Part shown: piece after piece, positions 44,011-56,300 of the stretch
Layout of the letters: every line of letters starts with the position of its first letter
How positions within the stretch are numbered: position 1 is the stretch's first letter
Assembly (NCBI GenBank): GCA_050613775.1
Contig: JBODTK010000121.1
Span: 248,001-312,000 of the forward strand
DNA: 64,000 nucleotides
Origin: Neocallimastix sp. 'constans'
Taxonomy: Eukaryota
Direction of reading: 5' to 3'
Notes under the pieces: generated by a model
Told to the model about the DNA's origin: nothing
What the model saw: the letters and a program-made list of their open reading frames with translations, nothing else
The model's database searches: none
Made by a program: the position numbers and the translations under genes

Positions 44011-44640
44011 AAATTTTATAACATAAATTTTATGTTATGTCAAAATTGAAATAATTTATAAATTTCTTTTTATTATTTTTATATTATTTTATATTGATAT
44101 TTTATTTTATAATATTTTTAATTATTTTAATAATTATTATTTTATATTAATACTTTATATTTTATTAATTATAGTAAATTTCTAATATTATTATTATTTT
44201 ATGAATATTTTATGAATAAATCTTTATTTTAATGTTTTATTTCAATATATATTTTTTTTATACTTTTATATTAAATACTTTAAATACTTTATAGTTATTA
44301 TAAAAAAAAATTAATTAAATAGTTTATTATGAATTACAAATATAAAAGCAAGAATAATTCTTTATAATTATTCTTTCTAATGTTTTATGCCAATTTATTT
44401 TATAATTTCTTATATATTTACAAATTAATAGTTAAATACATGTATTGAGTAATTTATAATTACTTTTAAATAATAAATAAATAAAGTTTCAAATAAAATG
44501 TATGTAAAAGATTAAGTAAAATAAAAAATAATAATAAGTTAAGAAATAACAAATTTTAATTAATCAAAAAAAAAAAAATTTAATGTAATTAATAATTAAA
44601 AATAAGTTCAAGAGTTAAAAAAAATTCGGTGTGATGAAAA

Positions 44641-44715
44641 AAGGGACTCATCCGGGAAATAAACCTGAAAACCTAAATAAAAAAAACTTCTCCCAACAAG
44701 AGAATTTGAACCAAA
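44641..44715 (-). pseudogene. Possible decayed tRNA-Pro-like fragment
   Basis: Minus strand AGGTTTTCAGGTTTATTTCCCGGATGAGTCCC resembles the tRNA-Pro 3' half (AGGTCCCGGGTTCAAATCCCGGACGAGCCC); no intact cloverleaf. Confidence 0.25.
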
Positions 44716-44904
44716 ACATTCTTTATTAATAGTTTATGATAAAATGATAGAAATGGAGGACATATAATATGGGAGACAATTTTTTCTTTTTTTAGTACTT
44801 TGAAGCTCTATGAAAATAAAAATTAAATAATTAAAGAATTTAAATTTTAATAATTAAATATTAATAATGATTACTAATTTATTTTTTTTTTTTTTTTTTT
44901 TTTA

Positions 44905-45240
44905 GACTCAGAGAATAATTTCTCATTCATCGATGATAGCGAGTAATAATTTTAGTATTAGTGTTATCAACTGAATCTGTATCAGATCTTTCACCGGGAG
45001 ATGAAAATCCATACCTTATCACTTCGACGTCGACACTCTTAGCAACGATAGATTCAATCGAATACTATTTCATGATCAATCTAAAAGATTGATAAATCAA
45101 TTGGTATTACGTTTGATAGAAACAGTCAATAAAGTTGAACTTTGTTTAAAAATATTGTCAAGTAATTGTCTTTGTTCCCCATCATAAAATTTAATTTTTC
45201 TAATATATTGAATGCCCTCCAATAAGAGCACTCAATGTAA
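44905..45240 (-). repeat. Dispersed decayed coding-derived repeat, copy 3 (more divergent)
   Basis: TCGACGTCGACACTCTTAGCAACGATAG versus TCGACATCGACGCTCTTGATAACGGTAG in copy 2; translates VAKSVDVEVIR...AIIDE*E. Confidence 0.6.
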
Positions 45241-45394
45241 AATAATAAATATTATTATCATAATATGAATCTAAAGAAACATCCAAAGGATTTCTGTAAT
45301 AGTAATTAATAATTTCATAATAATTAAATAATGTTTTGTTTGTTTTTGTATCAATAAAATATATTAAAGATAAATAAGTAAATAAATAAATAAA

Positions 45395-45431
<37 letters not shown>

Positions 45432-45945
45432 TTCTTAAAAACAAAATAATTATCTAATTTTAATTACATTTTATTTTGAATATCAAATAAATATTTATTA
45501 AAATATTTCAAAATATATATATACTGTAAGAATATATATATTCTTACAGTAAATATCTTTATTTAATTGTTAATATATAATTATATAAAAGTTAAATTTC
45601 AAATATTAATTGTTAACAATATAATATTTAATAATATAATATTTATAAATGTATAATAATTTATAAATTATTTTTATTTAAATTATTTTATTATTATTAT
45701 TTTTATATATTAATATTATAATATTTTTTATTTTTCTTTAAAATTTTTCTCTATTTATTTTAAAATTTTTTCTCTATTTATTTTTGAATTTTTCTCTATT
45801 TATTTAATAAATAAGATGTATATATAAAGTGCATCTTATCAAAAAAAAAAAAAAAAGTATTATATTATACAATTATATTTAATAATATTTTATCATTAAA
45901 AAAAATCATTTATACATTGTTATATTATATTCATTATTATTCTAT

Positions 45946-47223
45946 TTAATCATATAAGGTTATATTTATATATTGATTTTTATTTGGTTTTGTTATGTCT
46001 TTATTTAAATTATTAAAGTAATAATTAGAAACAGTTTGATTGTTGTTATCCATCATATATGAATCAGTATATGAATTAATATATGAATTAGGACTATTGA
46101 ATGGTATAGCCTTTAATTGTGAGCTTGGTGAAATTAGAGATGTTGATGGCATTGCTAAAGTATCATAGTTATTAGATTCACTTTGAGTTACAGATGTAGA
46201 ATTAAAGATATCATTGTTGCTATTATAGTAATTAGAACTATTTAAACTATTCATAATACTACTCATTTTGTTCAATGTTGATGAAGTGTAAGAAACTTTA
46301 CTTCGTATAACGTACTTCTTTTTATTTACAATACTTTTAAGTAATACTTGATCAATGTACATTAAAGTGAAATTAAAACTTAATACTACTTGACGAAGTT
46401 GTTCAATACCTGTATCTACAGTACTATAACTATTCACCTTACTTTTATGGTATTGTCTAATAAGAGAAACAATAAAAAAAGTTAAAAATGGTAAAAATAT
46501 TATTGAAATAATCATAGATAAAATAATACGAAGTTCCGAAATTTGTTTAAATTTTTCTAAGAAGGTATTTTTATTGGTATTTTTATATTCATTAAGTTTA
46601 TTAAAGAGACAAGTCTTCAAGGAAAAGATAACAGATAAATCGTATATACAACTGGTAATTTGCATCATACCAATTGAAGACCACCAATAAATATTAAATC
46701 TAATAACATCTTTTACATGATTACCATTTTCATCAGTAATTCTTAAATCAATTGGCATATCCATAAAATAGGTATAGATACCAAATACCTTAGTAAGATT
46801 AAAACAAATACAGGTGATATATACAATTTTTACCTTTTTATCATTATTAGTAACAGCCTTTGTTCTTAATAAGGGATACCAATCCCCCATCATTTCACCA
46901 AGAAGCCAAAAGAAATGAGCTAATCCATTACTAACATACCAGTTGGTTTTTGTGTATGGCCAGTAGGCATTTGCTGCAGTTTCACTTCTTAAATCCATAG
47001 TGTTTCTTAATACATCACCAACAGCCCTACAAAACCAGTGACCAATAAGAATAAATACAGCTGGTCTTTTCCAATTTTTACTATTTAATAAAAGAATGAG
47101 GCAAACCCATGGGAAAAAAGGGCTTGTTATAAATGGAAGTATGGCCTTTTGTATGGAATCTATTCTTACAATAGGAAAACGTCTATATCTCTCATAGAAG
47201 TAATCATATATAGTTTGGGACAT
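45946..47223 (-). CDS. Seven-transmembrane receptor-like protein, paralogue 4 (425 aa)
   Basis: Intact ORF with FPW, HWFCRAVGD, YWPYT, GEMMGDWYPLLRTK, KFKQISELRI, EQLRQVVLSFNF, DQVLL. Confidence 0.88.
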   Translation of the reverse strand: MSQTIYDYFYERYRRFPIVRIDSIQKAILPFITSPFFPWVCLILLLNSKNWKRPAVFILIGHWFCRAVGDVLRNTMDLRSETAANAYWPYTKTNWYVSNGLAHFFWLLGEMMGDWYPLLRTKAVTNNDKKVKIVYITCICFNLTKVFGIYTYFMDMPIDLRITDENGNHVKDVIRFNIYWWSSIGMMQITSCIYDLSVIFSLKTCLFNKLNEYKNTNKNTFLEKFKQISELRIILSMIISIIFLPFLTFFIVSLIRQYHKSKVNSYSTVDTGIEQLRQVVLSFNFTLMYIDQVLLKSIVNKKKYVIRSKVSYTSSTLNKMSSIMNSLNSSNYYNSNNDIFNSTSVTQSESNNYDTLAMPSTSLISPSSQLKAIPFNSPNSYINSYTDSYMMDNNNQTVSNYYFNNLNKDITKPNKNQYINITLYD

Positions 47224-47625
47224 TTTTATATATTTTTTGTAAAAAAAAAAAAAAAGAATAATAAAATATAAAATAAATATATATATATATACAGAATAAA
47301 ATAAAAAAAATTCTATATAAAATATATATTTTATATTATTAATTATTTTTATTTTTAATTATAATTAATAATTTTTTTTTTTTATATCTATTTTTTTTTT
47401 TTTTATTATTTGAAAATTTTTTCAATTTTTAGGATAATATGTTTAAATTTATATTGAAAAAAAAAAAAAAAAATTCATAATGAATAAACTTTAAAATTAA
47501 AAAATAATAATAATAATAATAATAAAATAAAACTATAATTATAATTATAATTTTATTATTGTTTATTTTTTAATCAAATAATAATTGGTTGGAACAATTA
47601 TTATATATTGATACTATTGTTAATC

Positions 47626-47658
<33 letters not shown>

Positions 47659-49323
47659 TGTAATTTAATTTTATATTAAATTACTTTTTATTTAATTAAT
47701 GTATCATTGAAACAAAATTTTAATAATTAGAAAAAATTTTTTTCTTTTATTTTTTGATATATTGAAAATAGATATGAAAATAGATATAGTTCCAAAATAG
47801 CATTTTTTTAAGTTAGTATTATAAGTAATAAATAATTTAAGTAATATAATAATATTAGATTAAAACGGAAATTTATTTAAATTTTTTCTTAATATTAAAA
47901 TATTAAAACAATAGTCATGAAATATTAAAACAATATTAAAATAAAAATAGATATAAATAAATAAAATAATAAAATAATTCGATTCAATAAAAAAAATATA
48001 TATATATATAATTAAATTCTATTACATAATAATAAAAAATAAATAAATAAATAAATATATAAATTATAAATTGCTAATTATAAATATATTTCATTTAAAA
48101 AATAAGATTTAATATATATATTAAAAAAAAAAAAAATTAAAATATTAAGATACATATATTAATATATATGTATATAAATTATAATTAAGCTTAAACGGAA
48201 TTTGGTAATAATAAATATAAACACTATTGTTAATTATAAAACACTATTATTAATTATAAATTAAATATTAATATATATATATTAAATTTTTAAATCAGTA
48301 ATTTTTATTTCTGTGAAAAAAAAAAAAAAAAGGTTATATGTTTAAATAATATATATATATATATTTTTTTTTATTATAGTTTATTGTTAGTTTTTAAAGA
48401 ATTTAAATTTAAAAAATTTTTAATTTACTAACCTGTCATCTATTTTTCTAATATCAATAAAAGGAAAAAAACTTATACTTTTTAAATATCAATAAAAGAA
48501 CAAAAAAAAAATTTTTTTTTCCTATTATTATATTTTTTATTAAAATTTACTTTTTAAATATCAATAAAAGAACAAAAAAAAAATTTTTTTTTCCTATTAT
48601 TATATTTTTTATTAAAATTTTAAAATTATATGAAGTTTAACAATATGGTATTAAATATATTTATTTAAAAAATGAGTTATTTATATTAATGGTATGACAT
48701 TAATTCATTGTAACATCAATATATTTATTATTCAACCTATTGATACAAATGATATTGTTAAATTTTTTTTATTATCTTTTAACTATAAATTTTATTTATT
48801 AAACAATTATAAAAATAAATCCACTTTACATAAAGTATTTCAAAATTTTTTAATTATCTGATAACTATTAATTTTATTTATTAAATAATTATAAAATAAA
48901 TTCATTTTACAAAAATATTTCTAATAATATTAACTTTAAGATTTATTATTAATTTTATGGAAGGCATAATAATTAAAATTCCTAATGGAAGGAATATTTT
49001 CTATTTTAAATTATTTAAAATAAAATATAATAATAATAAAAAAAAATTAAAATAATAAAAATGTTTTAAATTTAAATTATAAATATATATGATTAAATAA
49101 TACATAATATTTTAATAAAAAAAATAACTAATAATAATGATCAAATATAATATTTTATTTTTAAAAATAACAATTAGTTGAAAAGATTTAAATAAATTGC
49201 TTTAATAAAAGTTAATTTGATAATAATGAATAAAATTATTTTATTTATTGGTAATTAAAATTAAAAATAAATTTTAATTTTTTATAATATTTTATAATAT
49301 TAATTTATGTTGATATTTATTTA

Positions 49324-49361
<38 letters not shown>

Positions 49362-49703
49362 TTATTTATATTTTAACTTTATTAGTTATATGAAAATAAT
49401 TTGTTTACTATAAATAAAAATTAATCAAATGAAAATAAAATAAATATAAAAATAATTATTACTGTAAACATTTAATATATAAACTATATATAATAAAAAT
49501 TAATAATATTTATTAATAAATAATAACGTAAGTTTTTTTTTTTTTTTATTTTATTTTATTTTATTTTTTAAAATTAAAAACATTTATTTTTAGGAATTTT
49601 ATTACTTTTTTAAAAATATAATAAATTTAATAAAAGAAGAAAAAAAAAAGAATAAAAATAATAAAAAATCTACTAATACGCTTATAATATAATAGACATA
49701 AAT

Positions 49704-50240
49704 AGATTTTTATTTTTATTTTATATTTATTAAAATTATATATTTTTTAAATTATAACATTTTAGTATATTTTAATTTTTTTTTTTTTTTTATTCCTTTT
49801 TTTCCTTTTTTTCCTTACTTTTTAATATGTTAGCATTTTTCATATGTAATAAAAATCAACTTTAAAAATAGTTTTTTTTTTTTTAGATTTTTATTTTTAA
49901 TTTATATTTATTAAAATTATATATTTTTTAAATTATAACATTTTAGTATATTTTAATTTTTTTTTTTTATTCCTTTTTTTCCTTTTTTTTCTTACTTTTT
50001 AATATGTTAGCATTTTTCATATGTAATAAAAATCAACTTTAAAAATAGTTTTTTTTTTTTAGATTTTTATTTTTATTTTATATTTATTAAAATTATATAT
50101 TTTTTAAATTATAACATTTTAGTATATTTTAATTTTTTTTTTATTCCTTTTTTTCCTTTTTTTTCTTACTTTTTAATATGTTAGCATTTTTCATATGTAA
50201 TAAAAATCAACTTTAAAAATAGTTTTTTTTTTTTTTTTTT
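49704..50240. repeat. Tandem triplication, unit about 176-180 bp
   Basis: Three near-identical copies containing TTAATATGTTAGCATTTTTCATATGTAATAAAAATCAACTTTAAAAATAG, differing mainly in poly-T length. Confidence 0.92.
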
Positions 50241-52456
50241 TAAAACATAATTTATATAATAAAAAGAGTTAAATAGTATTTTATAATCAATAATAAAAAT
50301 GACTTTATCCTTATATAAATTATTAATTTTTTTTTTTTTTAGTTCAATTAATATCTTTTTATACATATGTGATTTATTGGTTATATATATACATTATAAT
50401 TTTCTTTATTATTAAATCAATTTCTTTTTAATTTTTATATATTTTTATCATTTTTTTTTCAATAAAAGTATGCTTTATTTATTTTTATTATTGTATTATT
50501 TTAATTATTAATCAAATATATAAATGACTTTATATTTAAAAATAATTTTTTATCCTTATATAAATTATATTATTATTGCTATTATTATTATTAGTATTGT
50601 AGATTAATTAATGATATCTTTTTTATACATATATGATTAATTGACTTTTTATTAATTCAATTTCTTTTTATTTTATATATTTTTATCATTTTTTTTCAAT
50701 AAAAGTTTGTTTTATCTATTTTTATTATTATATTATTTTAATTCTTATAGCTAGTAATTATACTAAATAAAATTCAATATGTCTTTAATTGAAATAAAAA
50801 AAATGAATAAATAATAAAGATATATATTTATAATTAGATGATAAATTGTTTTTGGTATTAAAGTAGGAATAATATTGAATACACTAATTCATACGATGTT
50901 ATCAGTTGAGCGTCTTTATATATAATTTCTATATTATTTATATTCTACAGTCAAAAAAGTCATAGATTTTTACAATTTTTTTTTTTTTGAACTATAATAA
51001 TTTATTAAATATTTACCAAATAAGTTTATTACTATGAAAAGAATGTAATAGTAAAAATAATAATATTTTGATAATATAATAATACTAATACTACTAATAA
51101 TAATAGTTTAATAATAATATACTAATCATATATAATAATAATTTTAAATTATTTTTTTTTATTAAACATTTTTATAAACTATTTTTATATATATATTTTT
51201 AAATATTTAATTTCAATGCTAATATTTTTAATAAAACTTGAAATAACAATAATATCAATAACAACAGTATTAATAATACTACTATCAGAAGCAACACTAA
51301 TAATGATTATCATCACAGCATTAACAAACCCAAATTCAAACTTCATACATGTAATTATAAATATATAAATATATATATATTCATGAAGTTTATTATTATA
51401 TAAATCAATGAATCAATCTTCAAGAATTTTATAAAAATTTATTGGTCATTGATCATAATCTATATCAAGAATTATTCGATATTTAAAATCAAAAAAAAAA
51501 AAAATTGATACATTATAAAAGAAATAAATGATTATTTAATTTTTGAATTGCGATCATGTAAATAATAAATTAACTTGAAGATCTACAAATTAATTCATAC
51601 TCACATTTAGGAAATGGTCCAATTTCATGAAAATTACAACTTCAATAAAAATTATAGTACTCTCAATAGAATGAGCTGAAATTGTTAAGGTCAATATAAA
51701 TATATTGAAAAAGTTTTGCGGGTTTAAAAATTATTTGAAGAAATGAAATATAAAAAAAATATATATATATAAAAGGATAAAAGATGATAACATTGAATGT
51801 ATCACTCTAATAGAAGATAAAAATACTAAAAGTGAATGTAATATTTTAATAATTAATATAAAATTATTTATTTAAGAAGCAAAAAAAAAATGAATTTTAT
51901 ATATAATTTAGGTTAAAAATGTTAATATTCCTTAGGTTTATTATTATTCAATTTTCATATTTTATTTCATTCAATAAGATATTAAATAAAAATTTTTAAA
52001 TATTTATTTAATATCTTATTGAATGTATTAATATTAATATTAATATTTTATAAATTTTTATATGAAGAATATAAAAAAAAAAAAAAAAAAAAAATAACAT
52101 TACATTATTTCTTTTTAAGAATTTCTTATAATGAAACTAAATAAAAAATTTAGAAATAATAACTAAAAATATGTATTAAAAAATGGTATTAACCTTTTAT
52201 ATTATTTTATATTATTTTATCTTTAGTTTTACTTTTTTATAATTCTTGTATTATATGAATATTCTTTTTAATTTTTTAATTTTTTAAAGTTAATTGTTTA
52301 ATAATAAGTCATTATAAAGAAAAGAAAAAAAAAAAAAATATGCTATAAGCATAATGAAAGTTATTCATGATTAAAAATCGATACGCTATTTTAATAATAA
52401 ATTAATGGTAATATGTAATAATAAATTATAAATAAAAATAAAAAATCGATATAATG

Positions 52457-52489
<33 letters not shown>

Positions 52490-53015
52490 GAAATAATAAC
52501 AATATCAAAATAAAAACTATCGTAAGTTAAAAAAATTAAATAAAAAAAAAAAAACTTTAATTTCAAAAAATAATAACCCTAACCCCCTAATGTATTATTA
52601 TTATTTCATTTATTATATTATTTAAAAGATTTATATATATTTTTCTTTTTTAATTTTAATATATTACAAAAAAAAAATTAATGAATTAAAAATTTTAATA
52701 TCGTATAATAGATAAATACTATAATTATTATTTCTTATATATTATATATTTATGATAGTAATAATAATATTTTTATTGAAATTAAATTAAAATCAATATT
52801 ATTAAATAGTAATATATTTTTATATTTTCAAATGTATATCAAATTTAAAATTATTTTTTTACTTTTAAAAAAATATGTATGAGTTCGTTTAAAATATTAT
52901 AAGAAAAAAAATAAAATAAAATAACGAATTAAAAATTTTAATATTGTATAATAGATAAATATTAATACTATTATTATTATTTCTTTTATATTATATTTAT
53001 GATAGTAATAATAAT

Positions 53016-53274
53016 TGTTTGAATATAAAGAATTAATGTTGAAATATATTAAATTAAATTTATTATATTAATATTCGTTATATAATTTATCTCATTATAT
53101 TTGAAATACATCTTTAATTAATTGTAATAAAAGTTCATTATATTTGGCACTAGCCACAACTAGTATAAATAAAATGTAATTTTTCTAAATTTGTTAACAT
53201 TTTGTAATTACCTATTAAAATATTTTTAATAAATAAAGTTTATATTAAAACCAAATATTATTTTATTCTTAACG
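53016..53274 (+). repeat. 5' LTR of copia element (259 bp)
   Basis: TGTTTGAATATAAAG...TTATTCTTAACG; aligns to 57322-57578 with 6 substitutions and one 2-nt indel by manual comparison. Confidence 0.93.
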
Positions 53275-53276
53275 AT

Positions 53277-53291
53277 AGATTAAGAGTCTCA
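53277..53291 (+). promoter_or_regulatory. Primer-binding site complementary to the tRNA-Lys(CUU) anticodon arm
   Basis: AGATTAAGAGTCTCA lies 2 nt after the 5' LTR; its reverse complement TGAGACTCTTAATCT is the anticodon stem-loop of eukaryotic tRNA-Lys(CUU) as recalled. Confidence 0.75.
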
Positions 53292-53309
53292 GTTTTGTTG
53301 CAACTAAAA

Positions 53310-56300
53310 ATGAATGCTATGAATTATTTAATTACTGCTGATGAACGCCTCAACAGAACCAACTATGAAGATTGGTATCCTACTGTAAGATCTATCATGA
53401 AGGCCAAGGAAATTTGGAAATACATTGAAGAAGATCTAATTACTACTATGGAAGAAAAAGTCAAAAACAAAACTATGACTGAAGGACTGTTTGAAAAGGC
53501 GAAAATTGAAGATTTAAAGGCACAAGTTTTTTTTTTGAAAAGCATTACAAATGAAGTTAAGTGAAAAATTCGGAACGCAAAAACATCATATGAAATGATG
53601 TACAAAATCAAAGAATATTATGACAAGGAAAGGTCTAAGGATATTAGTCACTACCTTCGAAAACTGCAATCTCTGAAATCGAAAAGTATTGATGAGTCTT
53701 CCGAAATACTAAGAGAGATTACAGAAATATTTGAAATACTTGATGATAAAAATTATAAATTAGGAACAATGGAGAAAATGAAATACATATATTACGCATT
53801 ACCTAATGAAGTTAGGTGTAGACTAAAATTAAATTCCAAGACAGAAATTGATGTTTTCATCAATGATGTAAAAGAACAAATTAATGTCTTACAATACTTT
53901 TTAGGAAAAGGCCCTGGAAAAGAAACTAATTCTACTAAAATTGAAGACTTAATGGATATTGATTATGTCACAAAAATTAAATCTCATGGACCCTTCTCAA
54001 AAGAAAACAAGATTAAAAGAGAAGATAACTACGGCTATATTTGTGAAATGAAGGGACATACAACTGATAAATGTAAATTAAATCTTAAAACCCATAGGGA
54101 AAGAAAAGAATTTCATAGATATAATAAAAACAATAATAAATTGAATAACAAAAAAGAGATATATTTGAAATGTGGAACTAAATGATAACTACATTTCTGA
54201 TGATGAAGAAAACGAAAATATCTGTTTTGACGAAGTAAAGCCATTATTTGAAAAGTGTATTGAAAATATTGAAATAATCCCAGAAGAAAAAAGGGAAAAT
54301 CCAACAAGCAATACAAATCAAATTAATTATAATATAAATGCTATCAATCATTTGACGAGTGAAGAAATCAATTCAAATGATAGTTATATCATTTGGACCT
54401 ACAATACAGGATGTTCAGAACATATTACAAATAATAAAAATATCTTAAAGAATTGTAAAATTTCTAAACTTAAAAGATTACCTCATAATGGTATTCCTCC
54501 TACAGCTTCCGGAATATTAGAGACAATTCATTCAGATCTAATAGGTCCTATGGGTATTACATCTGGAACAGGCAAGAAATTCATCTTAATATTTATTGAT
54601 GAATTTTCCAGAAAATCGTGGATATTTTTACTTAAAAGGAAAAGAGATGTTCCTAATACTACTATTCAATTCTTTAAAACAATTTCAAATCGCTTCAACT
54701 GTAATATTAAATTCTTTAAAACCGATAATGGATTGGAATTTAAAAATAAGAAAATTGAAAAATACTGCTTAAATAACGGTATTACTATACTCTAATTCGC
54801 CACCTTATAATCCCAAGAATAATGGCAAAGCATAAAGATTCAATCAAGCATTGATCAATTGCGCAAGAACAATTTTATCTTGGAGTAAGCTAGATCAAAA
54901 ATTTTGGGATTATGCAATTAACTATGCGAATTACTTATATAATATTAACCCACATAGAAGTATAGGAAATGCCATACCTAATGAAGTCTTCTTCAATAAA
55001 AAGGTTGATTTAAAATATATTAAAACATTTGGGTGTATTGCCTATTATAAAAACTTTTCACAAAATAAAGGCAAATTTGAATCTAACGGTAAAAAAGGTA
55101 TTTTTCTAGGCCGTAATATTAGAACACACTGCTATATTGTTATGGATTACGAAGACCTCAAGTTACACTTAGTCCGAGAAGTAGTATTTGATGAAGATCA
55201 ACCCGCGAACTTTACTCTACCAGATGAAAACTATAAGGAACAAAAGGCTTCACTAGCAATCCATTACTTTTCAAATGACACTGATATTTTTATTGAAAAT
55301 GAACCTCATACAAGTAATGAACAAACAACTTTAAACGACGAAATATACACTATAGATGATGTTTTAGAAAATCTAAATTTATTTAAAATTTCATCTGATA
55401 ACAATTTCCATTTGAACCCTAATTACTATCAATAATACGATTGGCAAAAGGAGACATAGCTTTGATGATAATATTCTCAATAAAAGGAAAAATGTTGGAC
55501 ATTATCACTTAAAACCCTTCCACTAAAAGGAATAGCGATTTTGATATAAATATCAACTCTAAAAAGCAAAATGTTAGACAATATCAATTTAATCCTTCTA
55601 CTAAAAGAAGCTTAGATGATGAGAATATTGATATGTTTAAAAATAAAAAGATTAAAGAAAATGAAGTACATAATAATCTACCTGTAAAAAAGAACCTGGA
55701 AATAACATTGATAATGAAAATAATAAACGAATAGAAATTTCAAACAATGCCAGTGAAATAGCTAATATAACTCTTAATTGTTCCATCATCATTCCATGAA
55801 GCCATCACGGGTAAAAATAAAGAAGAATGGTTAAACGCTATTAATGACGAAATTAAATAATTTATATAGTAACAAAATTATGACTTACGTTTCTAAATTA
55901 CCAGAAGATAAAAAACCCATAAAAACAAAATGGATTTTCAACATAAAAAAGGATAGTACTAACATGATCACTAGATTTAAAGCACGTCTAGTCGCTTAAA
56001 GGCTTCAGCCAAATCCGAGGAATCGATTATGAATTAACATTCTCCCCAACTTTAAATATTGACAGCATGAAATTTATTATTTCATTAGCAGCAAAATTTC
56101 ATTGGAATATTTTCCAACTCGATATTAAAGCTGCTTACTTAAATACAAAATTAGATAAGAATATTTTTGTTAATATTCCTCAAGGAGACAAAAATTATGG
56201 TAAGAGCTATTGGAAATTAAATAAGGCGCTTTACGGATTAAAACAATCGGGAAGAGTATGGAATGAAACTATTACTGTTTTTCTTGAAAAACATTGGATT

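Noticed and set aside
52573..52590. TAACCCTAACCCCCTAA telomere-like motif
   Set aside because: Only about two units and internal to the sequence; too short to call
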